The notes: a model not told the origin generated them from the sequence alone. Numbered from the stretch's first letter, positions 29,401 through 43,547 are shown. The stretch is DNA of 64,000 nt from Paragordius varius (GCA_964247055.1 OZ176057.1:2480001-2544000); one strand, 5' to 3'. Numbers and translations are program-made.

Positions 29401-29867
29401 CAACTACCCTAAGGACTGAAATGAATGTATTATATCCAAATGTTGATAATAATTTTTAATTTATAGCGTTAGTAGAAAAAACGCGATATTTTGCAAATGT
29501 AATATAAATGGCTTTGAAGTTTATGGAGATTATTTAAATATTTATATATTTTGGCTACTTACCTAATTTGGATAGAAGTATAAATAATTGGACCGTGACT
29601 TTGAGTATTTTTTAATATAATTCAATGTCTGATGCAAATTACCCAATATGCGAAATATTAAGGCAAAATCGTTTATAATCACCAAACTGAAATGCATTTC
29701 AAAAGGTCTCCTGCAACTTCATTCGTAAAAAATTAATAAACAATTTGAATCCAATACGTCACATTTTTTTATAAAATGTTTTCAAAAAATTGGATTTGAT
29801 AAAAAAATTAAAAAAATTAGACAAAATTAAGAAAGTAACTGGCCCCTAACATTGACTATTTTAACAC

Positions 29868-30412
29868 TTCGATTCAATTTGGGGTATCTAAATACCCCAG
29901 ACCAAATTAAATTTAAAATTTTAAAAAAACTACAGAAGGAAACCGTCCTAATTTAAATTTATGCTTCGATCCCAATAAAAATTATATAAATAAGCTTAAA
30001 TATCTAAATAAAATTTAATTTTGAAAAAAAAGTTCCATGAAACTACTTGGACGCCATTTTTATATTTTAAAATTTTTGCAAAATATAGTGTTTATTTATT
30101 TTTCAAAGTATAATAAAAACTATTTATTTATTTAAATTACATCTAACATTGATATATATAAAAAAGTGGTTTGTTTTGTATTATATTTGAATTTAGCCAA
30201 TGTACATATGTTAAGTTGACCAAATTTTTACCTTTCGGTTTTACCCTAAAATAAGTAATATCAAGTATTTTTCAATAGTGTTTTTTATGTATTCCGGTTT
30301 ATAAATTACATATAAGGGCAAAATTTTGCCATGGTTTCTATTCCTTCAATAATTTTTAAATTATTTTATTTTTAACAGGCCTGGGGTATCCAACTATCCC
30401 AATTAATCGAAG
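29868..30412. mobile_element. Family C element copy
   Basis: cttcgattcaatttggggtatctaaatacccc ... ggggtatccaactatcccaattaatcgaag. The internal sequence is shared with 9770-10480. Confidence 0.72.
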
Positions 30413-30707
30413 GACTAAAATGAATGTGTTGTATCCAAGTGTTAATAATCTTAAATTCATTCTGCAATCGGAATCCACATTCGGTAAATTTAAATTTTAC
30501 TTTAAATATTTTGGGTAGATAGAATAAAAAATTTTTTTTTCGCAATAAAATTATTATATTTAGTATATATTAACTACAAACTATTAGTATTAATCTTTGA
30601 AACTAAAAAAATTCGACGTACGCGCACAAATATATTTACCATTTTTCGTGGAATGATTATATACGGCATTTTTGTTTTCATCTGATCCCTAAGTTAGCTT
30701 TGGATTT

Positions 30708-33176
30708 ATGATTCATAATCAGACCATGACAATACCCAACATTCCTTTTCCATTCGCATTTCAGCAAAATTCTACCCCTGAACAGTATGTTGTACCAAAT
30801 AATCCAAATTTTAACTCCTTGAACCGAAACAATAATGTGTCAAATACGATCAAACCTGATATAAAACAATTATTTCCACCATTTTTGACGGAATCTATTA
30901 ATTTGGCAAAATCTTTTTTTGGTGCTAATCGCAGGACACAAATTGATTTTTCAGGTCCGGTTACGATAATTAAAAACTATGAAGAAAATTCAAATATAAG
31001 CAAAGATACCCTTAACTCAGTAAATTCCAAAAATTCTCAATTGACAGAAGTCCCAAATCAAGTAATAATACTTTATAACTAAAAATAATGTGTTTTTACT
31101 TCATTATAAAATTTAATATCAGATACTATGGACCAAACGTTTAGAAAATTTGCAACCTTCTCTAGTGTTTTACAATCATTTCAATAATAATAATGAAAAT
31201 AATTGTCAGCAAAGTTCGCACTTAAATCACGCTCAAACTGTTAAAATTGATAATGCTTTTACACTACCCAAAATCAAAAGTTGTTATATATACATTATAA
31301 ATTTTTATAAAAAATATTTTTGATAAAATAAAGTTATTATTAACACTTACATTTATATCTATTAAACTTCGATTCAAATTGGACCAAACTAAATGGATGA
31401 CCCATATTTAAAAAAATAAGGAATAAATTAAACCATGGCAAAGGGCACTTATATAACATTAATTAACCGAAATATGTAAAAAAAATCATTCAAAAATACT
31501 TGATATTACTTATTAAGAGGTACCCAAAGGTAAAAATTTAGCCAATATGACATGTGTGCATAAGCTGAATATAAAAAATGCAAAATATACCACTTTTCTG
31601 TTTATATTAATATTAAATGTGATTTTTATAAAAAATAAACTTTATTTTAGGCTTAAAATTAAATAAACACAATATTTCGCAAAAATGATGTAAAATAAAA
31701 TCGCGTTCAATTAATTTGATTCGGAATTTTTTTTTTCAAAACAAATTTTATTTAAATATTTTGGTTAATAGGTAGAAGTATTTATTTAAATTGGAACCGT
31801 TTCTTTCACTGGTTTTTTAAATATCAACGCTATATTATTCAGGTTTAGATACCTCAATTTGGATCGACAAACCTTAAAATTAATTGCAATGTATTAAAAA
31901 TAATAATTTATAAAAATGTTATGATAAAGGTATAAATATATATTTTTATTAAAAAAATTATTCATGATTTTTTTCTTCGTGACATAGTCCAAAGTTAATT
32001 CCATTTTCGAACTTTTTTTAAATTTTAAAGATATTTAAAAGAATTAGCATTTATACACAAAGTAAAGGGCATTAATATTAGTTTTGGCAAAAAAAGCGAG
32101 AAAGATTGTTTGACTTAATCCATAGCCAAAATATTTCTCTGGACTGTAAATGCTAATTATATATACCATTTACAGTTTAAATTCACCCTTGAACAATTTA
32201 AATTCACCCTAAAATTTAGATGGTTTTTTAAGATTAAAAATTACCTTTATTTTATAATATTTTTAAAATGTGAAATTCTGTTTAAAATTACTATAATGCT
32301 GAAAAATAATAAACTATGTCGTAAAAATATGTTTCATATTAATGATGAGTTATATTAGCCCGAAAACAGTTAATTTTTAGGGTAAATTTGAATTGTTCAA
32401 GGGTAAATTTGAATTGTTCGACTGTGAATTTGAATCGTAAATGGTATTTTTACAATCGTAATCTTTAATTTTTTTATATTTCTCTTTTTAATTAAATATT
32501 TAATTAACCAAATAACTTTTTAGAATTTAAATTTTTCTTGTATAGCCATACTCCCTGGATATTTGAATGAATCACAAACTTTGACTGATGTAGCATATCA
32601 TACAAGCCTAAATACTCAAAAATTTAATCCTGTTTTGGGTCAAACACATATGAGTGCTGAGAAAGAAAAAATTTTGTTGAATATTTTATCAAATAACAAT
32701 AATAACTTAACAACCGCAAATGATGTGTCCACAAATAAAATTTTGGCATTTGAAGAATGTCTCTCCGATCCGAATGCTAAAAATCAGTTGGAAGAATTGA
32801 TTAACATGTGTTTATCTGTGTTAGACTCTAATCAACCTTTGATTGAAGTATAACTTACCTCTAACATTTGTACAATGGATATTTTGCTTTACATTTTATT
32901 TTAACTTTGAATGAAAAATAATTCATTTTAATAACTCAGCTTTTTAATTTAATTATTGGATAGCTATCTTCCTGATTAATAAAATCTAAAATGATTCCAA
33001 TTATATTAATTGAATTTTTATTATTCGTATTTATAAAAAGGGCAATTGGATTTTTACACAGGTTGATTGATAAATCTTATAATTAAAGTAAAATGACTAA
33101 CTATAAATCACGACGTAAAAATCAGCTTCTTTTTCAACGACAACCATACTTTTTTAAACCTTTATATATCTAAAGA

Positions 33177-33214
<38 letters not shown>

Positions 33215-33831
33215 ATTACAATTTTTAAATACAAAATTGAGTGCTTTATCATTCTAAATATCTCAACAGAAAACAATTTAGTTCTATTTTATAAAAAACA
33301 AGGGTTATAGCAGAATGCTTATGAAAATGGCTTCGCTTGCCGCATTTTTGGATAAAAAAGGGCTGGCCGCATTAGAATTATGTATGGGCAATAACAAATA
33401 TTTTATATTAGAATTAAACATAAAAAACTGTAAAAATACTATTTTTTTAATTTTTGCTATTTCATTGCCACATTTGATAATTCATAAAATTTGTTTGTGT
33501 AACTAAAACAATAATAGTTATTTCGTAAAATTCTGTTTTGAATGCGGCCCGCGGGCGTGTCGGACACCCCTAAAGCATAATATTATAGTCTTTTAGTTTT
33601 TACGTTTTTTTGCATATACATTTAATTTTTACTGTATTTTAGCCATTTGAAGTAACTGAGGATGACATTAAAGCCCAAGAAAGTGTCGTTTGTGATATGC
33701 GTCAAAAAATTACGCTTTTATTGAAACATTTGGAATCCATGAATTTAGCTCAATCAACCAATCCTTCTATTAACAACAACATTAACAACCCTAATAATAA
33801 TTTTGAATCTAATTTAAATCATCACACATAA
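30708..33831 (+). CDS. MBD2/3: MBD2/3-like NuRD subunit (MBDa + MBD_C/p66-binding coiled coil), no methyl-CpG-binding domain found; about 333 aa
   Basis: Exons 30708-31061, 31123-31279, 32546-32847, 33643-33831 (1002 nt). RRTQIDFSGPVTIIKN resembles RQTASIFKQPVTKVTN. PNQILWTKRLENL resembles PRQLFWEKRLQGL. LPKIKTILPGYLNESQTLTDVA resembles LPKGLQGVGPGSNDETLLSAVA. LDSNQPLIEPFEVTEDDIKAQESVVCDMRQKI resembles LNTSQPLCKAFIVTDEDIRKQEERVQQVRKKL. Confidence 0.88.
31367..31868. mobile_element. Family C element copy in the MBD2/3 intron
   Basis: cttcgattcaaattgg ... aggtttagatacctcaatttggatcga. Shared internal blocks (aaaccatggcaaa, gacatgtgtgcat). Confidence 0.7.
32166..32444. mobile_element. MITE family A copy
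   Basis: ta|ccatttacagtttaaattcacccttgaac ... gaatttgaatcgtaaatgg|ta. Confidence 0.85.
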
Positions 33832-33982
33832 ATACACACTTGTTAAAAAAAGATTTATATTTTGTATTTTTTGTGATAATATATTTAGTTTTAGTCTCTG
33901 GAAAATATATGTTGTATAAATAATTTTGAATATGTAAATTGTAAAACTTTTTTAATTTTATAGTCTTGCATATTTGAATATA

Positions 33983-34277
33983 CAGTGAAAATCGAAATAT
34001 AGGGACAAAACTTTATAATATGAAAACAAATATTTTTATCTAAAAGACAAGCATACTTTTTCAAATGTTATTCTTTTATATAAGTTATTTAATTACAATT
34101 CTAAAATATAGAATTGATTATGCTATTAATATATATATATATATATATATATCACGCTTTGCTATTTTAAACAAAATGAGTCATATTTTAAAAAATTAAG
34201 ATTTAAAAATATAAATGTTTTTTAGAAAAAATTTGTCTTTATATATTTACGTTTTGTCCGTATATCAATTTTTATTG
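33983..34277. mobile_element. MITE family B copy
   Basis: ta|cagtgaaaatcgaaatatagggacaaaac ... tttgtctttatatatttacgttttgtccgtata. Confidence 0.78.
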
Positions 34278-36499
34278 AGTCTATAAAAATTTAGAAAATA
34301 AGGTAAAAAATTTAAAACATATTTTTTTATATTTTGTTTAAATGCAATGATCTTATAGGGCAGTATTTTTTATTAACCGCTAAATTTAGCCTAGTTTTAT
34401 GTAAAAATTTCATGCTCCCAAAAATATTTTTTCAAAACATTTTTAAATCAAATTAAAACCGATGGATAATATTTGTGTCTATCCAGGTAAATATCATATT
34501 TTCATAAAAAATTCCATCGTCTTTGTTATGTAAAGTTTAATAATGCAAGAAATATTACCATGTCATTAAGCGCAAATAATCAAACAGTATACGAAATACC
34601 CTATTTAATTTTACTACACTTACCTTATCTATCGATATTTTTGAAACTAAAAACTGTTGGTTGTAAAAATGTGTCACCATGGGTTAGCTTCTATTTTATA
34701 TAGCTTTCTCTTGAAAATGTTTGTTATGAAATAATAATACAAGTGACCGAAAATAGAATCTTTAATTATTTTTAAAGAGAGGTTCACATAGAGTTCAGAT
34801 ATATTTTAATTCATTTTACCACAGACATGATCAAATTTCTTATTTTTCATAGTAAATTCTGTAAAACTGAGAAGAGAGAATTTTATAAATAGGCCTATGT
34901 ATTTTCATTTAAAAGGTCCATGTAACTAGGCTCTTGGGTGATTTTAGTCTCATAAAAAATTGATTCTAAACATTTTTTTGATTTAAATTGCATTTGGCAT
35001 ATAAAAAACTAGGATTAAGACTTAACCTTTTGGGTTCCACATCACTGTCAGCTCTGGGCAGGAACGAACAATTTAAGTCCTTACATTTTAATATGATAAA
35101 GGAAAAAAGTCACTTTAAACAGTATATAATTATTTAGAGTATTAGTGGAATTTAAAAATAGGGATATAACTTTTTAATAATGCATTTTTTTAAACAATTC
35201 AAAAAAAAATTCATACCAGCTTTTTCGCCGCCATTTTTTTTCTTTTAATTCACAATTCGAAATTAATGTATATTATCGTTAAATGTAAATAATCAACTTC
35301 AGTAAGCTTTCAGGTTGTATTACCATCAAAAACTTGATGTTTAGTTATTTTAAAATCAGTCTAGTTCAATCGTGTTTTGGTGCTGTCACAATTTTCTCTT
35401 TTAAATTACAAAATTGTAAATATGTGAACTTTTTTATCTAATACAGGAGAACAATGTTTGATAATCAAATTTTAACTTAAATAACTTTTAAAAAGTAGCT
35501 CTTTTATCAGAGGGATCCCAAAAAATTGCGGACAGTAAGGTCATAAAGTGTTATCAATTAACTATAAATCCATTTGCCTATATATCAAGGGCAAATTTTC
35601 TATGAGTTTATATAATCAACTGTCTGTTTTACTTAGATGAATGTCTAATTTAAAGAATGTAGAGGCTAGCAAATGTAAACCATATAACAAAATAAGTAAT
35701 TTCATATTTTTGAATGAGCTGAAGACCCAATTTTTGACTAAAATTCTAAGTCTACCCCAATCCAGGTTATATGATATTAAAAAAGTCCCCAATTTTTAAA
35801 AAACGTCCATTTAATAAAAATATCTCTTATTTCACAATTTTTTCCTCAAATTATTGCTTATACAATATTTTATTTGGATTTTTTGTGTTCAATACCCTTG
35901 CTGTAAAGTATAAAATAAAACTGTAAATTGTTAATATTGTATATGGGAGAAATTAAGGCTCAAAAAGATATGGTTCCCTTTTTAAAAAAATATTTTTCTT
36001 TCATTCTTTTACATTTTGTCCTATATAATTTCGATTTTTACTAAATCTCAAAGGGTCGCAGGACATATGCTTTATACCAAGTATAATTATTACCAGTATA
36101 ATTGATGTAAACCCATATCGAATTTAAAAGAATTAAGTTGCATATTTTTATCAAATATGATTAAACAAGAACAATATAAAAATCTATTAAAAGCAGTGGA
36201 TTTTGCTATAGTTATTGGAATTTTTTTAAATACACCCTATATAACTACAATATTTATTTATAAATTATATAGAACATTTATGTAAATATGTATTAACAGT
36301 AGAAAAAAATTATATTTAATTAAATGTCGGATAAAAATTCAAAAAAGGTTTCGTATTAAATTTATAGAGCAAAAACTAAAAGACGAATGTATTTTTCAAA
36401 AAAACAAACAATTTCCTTTTAAACCTTATTGTTATAAAAAAAATTGTTTTCATTTTTACGTTCAGTCTGTATAATTTTTTAGAAGTCATAATCAATGGT

Positions 36500-38545
36500 T
36501 TATTCAGAATCGCTAGTGGTAGATGAACTGCTAGATGTGTTTGAACTTGAATTGTCATTATCTGATGAAGAAGAAGTCGACGAGTTCGAACTTGAACCAG
36601 AAGTACTTTTAGATTTTTTGCTGCTCTTTCTTTTATTTTTGTCCGTTTTAGCGTTTTCTTTCAAATTCTCGTTTGATTGTTTTTTGACAACTTTTTCGTC
36701 CGTTACTCTTTTGGCGGTTGTTCTAACTTTTTTGGCATCACGTTCGGCGGCGTTGTCATGACGACGGTTGCTATTGGCAACGGAGCTACCACCTGATTTC
36801 CGGTCAGCTGCTGATTTAGATCTTGAACGTTTTTGCCTGGCTCCTGAATTTCGCCCAATATCAGCTGATTGATTTATAATGGAGTGATCATCTGTTTTCT
36901 TACCACTACTGAGTTCTTGCGCAAGTTTTTGTTCCTTAACATCAGTCACAATTGGTTGTGAATTGTTATTATGCGTAGACTTGATGTTTTTGTCCTTTAA
37001 ATCCGTGGTGGACGTATTACTATGTGAAACAGAAACACTGTCAGTAACATTTTTAATTTTATCTCTATATATATTTTAACAGAAAATGGTATAATTTAAA
37101 TTATCATGAATAAAAATTAGGTAAATTATGATCGGATATAAATGATATCCAAACGTTTAAAAAGTTAATATTTAGCTCCTAAACTATCCCAAAACACATG
37201 GATAAAATTATTTGTATAAATATTAAAATGACAATTACAATAGAAAACTATCTATAATCCTTAATCCCCTTTTAGAAGTCAAACAGCGCGTAAATTATGT
37301 TTATACATGATAGATTTAAAGACTCGTAGCATGTTAAACCTTGATGATTTTTTATCTTTATCATGCGGGTATTCATTCCTAGTGGATGAGGAATAGTCCT
37401 CTTTTTGGTTGCCCCCGGCAACAGAAACAGCCTCTTTATTAACTGTCTTTTCCTTTTGGTTGCCATCGGTAACGGAAATATTCGAGACATTTGACTGAGC
37501 ATCATGCATGGGTTTTTGTTTGTTAACAGGCGGTATAAATAGTTCTTCTAAAATTTAAGCAATTTCATTAAATTATATTAATTAAATTATTATCAAGATT
37601 TATTCAACATGTGAATTCATGTTACCAACATTTATGTGCATTATTTAGCCACCCAAAATTAAGGTTCTTTGTGGTTTATCAAAATATTTTTCATTTCACA
37701 AAAGACCTTAATTTACTATTTTGTTTTGCAAATAATTCCAAATCATAAAACTAATTTTAACATATCAAAAATAAAAATGATATTGATGAAAAAAATTACT
37801 AGTTTATAATAACCATTCAATCAATAATTAATCTAATCTTATTTGCCTTAAAAAAATAATCTTTAAAATTGAAAAAATATTGGAAACAAAACAGATTTTG
37901 ACCAAGTTAGTTTGATTATTTTACATATATATTTTTAAATAATTAGTAGTATTTTTGGTATCTAATAAATATATATATATACACTAATATTTTAATATTA
38001 AATGCAACATCAAACCTTTTTCTACCGGTTTATGAGACGAACCAGCTGATTTCGAATTATCATGTGTTTCATCTTTCCTGTAATGTCCGGAATCCTATAA
38101 TAGTTTATATAATAGATTTTAACTTCAATTTTAAAGGTACAACTATTAAGATTAAAAAATAGTAAAGTTAATATTTACTTCAAATAAAAATTATAAATAA
38201 AATAACATAAAAAGTTCAATTTAATAAATTTGCGTTAAATTGATCCAAAGCTTAAATTTTATCCTCAATTTGGAATCACTAAATAACAAACAAAGTATGA
38301 TGTACGCATATATATACGTATATTTATAAACAAAATAAAAATCTATAAACAGTTGTCAAATAAAATGACATGTAAATAAATTATTTTTATCATTGATAAA
38401 GTCATCTTCATAAAATGACAAAATTTTTTTGAGGCATTCTAAAATGGACAATAAAAAATACTTGAGTTTGCTTTCGAGAATTCGAAGAATTGTAGGATGG
38501 GACAACAAAAGCTACTATAATTTCTTGACCATCAATTTGACCTAA

Positions 38546-38592
<47 letters not shown>

Positions 38593-41151
38593 TTAAGAAT
38601 AATGAAAAAATAAACCAAAATAGAATATGAAAAAAAGATTTGAGAATTTTAAAATTCCATAATTCCGTAGAGAGAGAGAAAACCTCCATTCATAAATTTT
38701 TGAGCTTTGGCCGCTTCATTGGGTGTTTCATATTCGACGTAAGCGAAACCACGTGAGTACTGAATGTGATGACCCATTCGATCACGTGGCATATCAATGG
38801 CAACAATGTTGCCATAGTGACCGAAAATCTCTTTGATGTGATCGGCGGTAACGTGACGCGTCAGCCGGGCTACGTGAAGTCGACAGGGTAGGACATCTGG
38901 TTTCTTAAATTCGGAGGCGGTTGAACCAATAGCAGCGTGTTGTCTTGATGCAACAGTTGTAGATCTATCAGGTGAGCGAGTCACGTGGGTATGGCGTGAT
39001 CGGGTTGCTGCCCCAGTCCGAAGTTTTGGTGATGGTGTTCTACAATAAAATTATAAAAATAAAATTAAGTGGAAAAAAATATGGCTGATATGACTAATTT
39101 TGCTAACTGCTGCTAAAAATTGGGCAAATTGTCACGCACATTTAAAAAAAGACCGCAAAAATATTTTTTTAGTAATTACAGGGCATTTTTAAAATGTATG
39201 TATAAAATATTAGAATAGTATGTTGCTGCTCTAAATAATAGTAATTTGGAAACGAATATGAAAACCAGTCAAAACTTTATATAAATACGATAGTAAGATT
39301 CTTATATGTAAAGTAGAAAAATATACATTATAAATATAATTTCCCAAATTATTTAACACGTCAATAAGAATATAAATAATTAATATTTATCTATACAAAA
39401 TAGGTACGTTTCGTGGGTTCAGTTAAAACAACTCAAGCACATGTGACAGCTAAAAATTCGCCTCAGAAAAATTTAACTTTAATTTCGAAATCCATGCGCT
39501 GTAACATACTTTAGAATAAATAAAATGAAAATATATAAAATCACATGTATATCAAAAAGTCATGTATATATAAAAAATTATTTTACCGCGTAGAAGATCG
39601 ACTCTTCCTAGGTTTAGCGAGACTGTGATGATGACCGGAAGTGGAATGAGGATCTTTCCCTGTCCGGTCTACTCCTCGGGTTTCTGATCGACCATATGAT
39701 GATTTAGATGTATCAGCTGGAACCAAATTAGTCGGGGCAGCTGATGATGACGGCGGTTGTTTACTTGACTTTAATGTAAAAAATATAACAATTTAAACCA
39801 TGAACTTATACAGTAAATACCTTTGAATATTTGTAATTAACATTTAAATATTAGGAGTAAAAAAATGAATTATAAAAAGAAAAAAACAAAGGGGCATGGT
39901 GCACGAGTATGCATTACCATGCCCACCAAATAATAAATTTTTTTTACTTTTGTTAAAAAATTACTCAAAGTAATAATATCAATAAAAATAATCCGCTAAA
40001 GAGTAAAATAATATATAATTAAAATCGAAATTATAGTATCAGTTTTAAAAATCATTTATAAGTTTTGCGATATAATTGTCGCTAAAAATTCGGGTAAACA
40101 AATATTTCTGGACATCAAAACAATAAAAATACCGCTGATGTCATTTTTGTCGTCTCCGATTTGGCAGACGATAATTTCTTGATAGAATCGTCTGTTTTGT
40201 TCGCTACTGTTCCAGATGATCTTGGAGGAAAAGCACTAAATAACACACATTACAGAATATTTCAAATAGATTTTTTACTCTAATTTAATTTAAAATATTT
40301 TTGATACAAAAAAAGGGGTTTAGAAACAAAATGTTGCGGGTTCAAAATTTCACTAAAAAATTAATTTCCATTATTTTTTGGTCAAATAGTTAAGACTTTG
40401 TAACCACATTTTTTATTTAAATTTATATAAATCATCAAGTGTAGGCAAACTTTTATAAATTATAAATATTGCTATTATATATAATTAAAATCCATACAGC
40501 ATAACTTGAAATAGAAAATAGTTAGACAAAACTCTTTTGATTTTTCCATTAATTCCTCCATTTAAACATAATTACGTATATTAAACCCTGTATGAGGGAT
40601 ATGATCGCCTGTGTCAACGCGTGGTCTTCTAGCTTCCTCAGGAAGTTTCCTACCACTAGCTCCAGCATGATGATGAGAAGGTTGTTGACCCCGACGATCC
40701 CGTTCACGCATCATGGCACGATCTTGACTCCGACTGCGTGCGCGTCTAGCAGCACCCGCCGGAGGTGGAGAAGAACGGCGAACACCACTTCGATAACTAT
40801 CGTTTCTATGACGACGACCGCTATCACGTGCTTTAGCGGAGGCAGTGGATTCAGGTCCGGGTCTGCGTCTACTTACAGCTCGGGGTGATGGAGTACTTCT
40901 TGATGAGCCTGCGAATTTGTGTAAAATTCAAATTTAGAATATGACCATAAAAAAATTGATGTGCCATTATAAAAATATTTTACAAAACTTACCGGTGGAA
41001 GAACTCGAGCTACTGCGACTTCTATAAAAGATTACTATAAAATAAACTTTGATCCGGATGTAGTGCTAGAGGATGAGAAAGAAGATGCTCTTCTACGCTT
41101 AAAACTACCAGAAGCATTACTTCTGTTTGTTACTGGTCTACGATCTCCCAT
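36500..41151 (-). CDS. RNPS1: RNPS1-like exon-junction-complex/ASAP SR-related protein with one RRM, strongly extended (about 675 aa)
   Basis: Minus-strand exons 41151-41048, 41021-40993, 40908-40587, 40235-40133, 39768-39587, 39039-38684, 38541-38462, 38094-38016, 37547-37340, 37064-36500 (2028 nt). The RRM RLHVARLTRHVTADHIKEIFGHYGNIVAIDMPRDRMGHHIQYSRGFAYVEYETPNEAAKAQKFMNGG|QIDGQEI matches human KVHIGRLTRNVTKDHIMEIFSTYGKIKMIDMP..SKGYAYVEFENPDEAEKALKHMDGGQIDGQEI. There is an N-terminal Ser-rich tract. Confidence 0.9.
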
Positions 41152-42539
41152 CTTTTAAATTACGCTAATGAATAACTGCAAAATATGTTTCATGTGATTT
41201 AATTGATACAATTTTAGCAACCAACATCCAAAAATTTAAATTTTATAGGTATATTAAATATAATCTAAAGCTTTTAATCAATTTATAATTGCATTAGGCC
41301 CAATTTTAAAATAAAAACCGGTAGGCTGGATGCGGAAAATTTACAAAATTGTTAGATTTCTAAATACTGATAAACTATAAGGACGAATATACCATTGGTT
41401 CACATATTTATGCCAATTGCCAAAATTTGGAAAGAAGTCGAAATATTTTACTAAGACTTAAATGATTCTTTAAAAAATATAATTATAATATATCACCATC
41501 TATATATGAAAATCAAAATAATATTTTTAAAAAATTTGTATATGGGCTTTGAAAGTAAATTTGCTCTCTAAACAAAAGTGGTGAAAGCTAATTTATATAA
41601 AAATATTTTAAAAAATTGCTTTTTTTAAAACAATTAAATTTAGAAAAATTTCGATGCGTATTCCAGAATAATGCAATTGATGGAAATGTTATAGCGCTTC
41701 AAGATATTATAACAACGCTTTTCTAAAACTTTTAATATTTCTAAATTCTGTTTAAAATTTGATTTTGCAACAAACAAATAATATTTTTAATAAAAATATT
41801 TTGATCTTGTTTAATTGCATTCAACACCTATATGGTAAAAAATTTAAATTTTACATATAAAATAGAAAAACATAAGAATAAATATTATTCTAAGTATCAC
41901 TATAGTTTTATTACAAAAAAACTCATTGTTTAAAACTGTATTATATAAAATAATAATCTTAATTGGTCATACAATCAATCATCTTTTTTATATTGTAATT
42001 GAATAGTTTATAGATAAAAAATTAAAGTATAAACAGGCGCGGAAAAGAAACTGGTATGTTCACTCCTGATATACATATTCTTTTTTAAAAAATTTTTCAA
42101 CATTCTCTGATAAATGGACTCTATAATATTATAATAATTTCTTATCCCACCTAAATAACTGTTCTAAAACAAAAATTCGTCCTAAATAAAAATTAGCTAA
42201 CCCACCTCCTACGATCTTATAATCCATCAATCCTTTATCTGTTTTATTATTCGGAAGAAATTTAATTAATTGGAAAATACTTTATAGCCAGACATTTTAC
42301 ACAACCCTTATGACAAACGTTATTATATTTAATCGCTTGCTTTCCACAGATTACAAGCACACATGAAAAACAATCCTACAAACGTAAAATTTTATCTTCA
42401 ACAACTAAATTATTCCCTAAATATTGGAAAAATCAGTGGATATATCATACTGATTCTTATATCTGAGTACATCACCACTATGCCAAATCCACACATAGAA
42501 AGGAATAACTTTGTAATTAGCTCCTGTAACCTTACAAAA

Positions 42540-42660
42540 AACATGGCGACATGGAATATACGTGGCAGTTCAGGTAACAAATTGGATATAATAAATCGCG
42601 AGATGAAAAAACGTTTAAAACATCTATGTGTTGGGCGGAGACTCATATACAACATAACTC
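42540..42660 (+). pseudogene. Decayed non-LTR retrotransposon (RTE/LINE-type) APE endonuclease N-terminus
   Basis: MATWNIRGSSGNKLDIINREMKKR, then a frameshifted LNIYVLG..ETH, resembling the IATWNVR..KL.....IDILG.SET motif of LINE endonucleases. Confidence 0.5.
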
Positions 42661-43547
42661 ACACAAAATATTCGATTATTACTCGTTTTATAGGTATTTT
42701 TTATATTTTGTATGTTTTGTCTGTTTAATTTCAATTTTTACTGTAATAATCTAGAGCAATGGTATTCATTAAAGGCAAAATTTTTATCTTGCCTAAAAAA
42801 CCGCATACCCATTGATAACGTTAAATTTCATGATTGTTTGGCACATTTGCAAACACTTATATACCCAAAATAAGCAAATAAAAAATAAATTTAAATCAGG
42901 GCCATAGATAAGTCTTTTAGGGCCATGGTTTGAGTGTATCACTGATTTAAAACATATGTTTATTCGGACAAATTTAAACTAAACGCTTTACCAAGGACAT
43001 TTAGGTAAAGTGTTATAATAACTTTATTTGCCAATTTTGACGCCATATTAAAAACAAATATACCTTTATATTGCTTTTATAAGCAATAATATATGTTATT
43101 TCCCATAAGGTCATTTGGATAATATATATATATATATATATCTATTTATTTATTTAACAAACTAATACATTAACGAAACGGTGGATGTCAATTTATTTTA
43201 TATGGTGCCCAATTTAAACAATATATTTGAGCGGAATAAACATTGAGTTCTGTTTTCGGATATTACGAAATTGCATTTGCGTTGATATTTAGCCTTTTAA
43301 AACATTGTATTTCACTGCGATTGCTAAAAAGATGTTTGTTTGTTCAAATAAAACCTATATATCATAATGTTTTTTACATTGTGAGCTCTAGACAAATATT
43401 GGGTTAGGGACCATTTTGTACAATAATATGTCCCCTTAAAAATAAAAAACAACTATATTATAAATATAAGTGAAAACTTCCAAAAAATTAATTTTATATT
43501 TTATATCATCACTTTTTAATCATTATCTCACTGTGCTGAAAAATAAT

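Noticed and set aside
36495-36761. Antisense ORFs (36495 +, 40592 +, 1978 -, 43987 -, 54560 -, 59464 -, 42410 -)
   Set aside because: They are shadows of real exons or of the retroelement fragment on the opposite strand.
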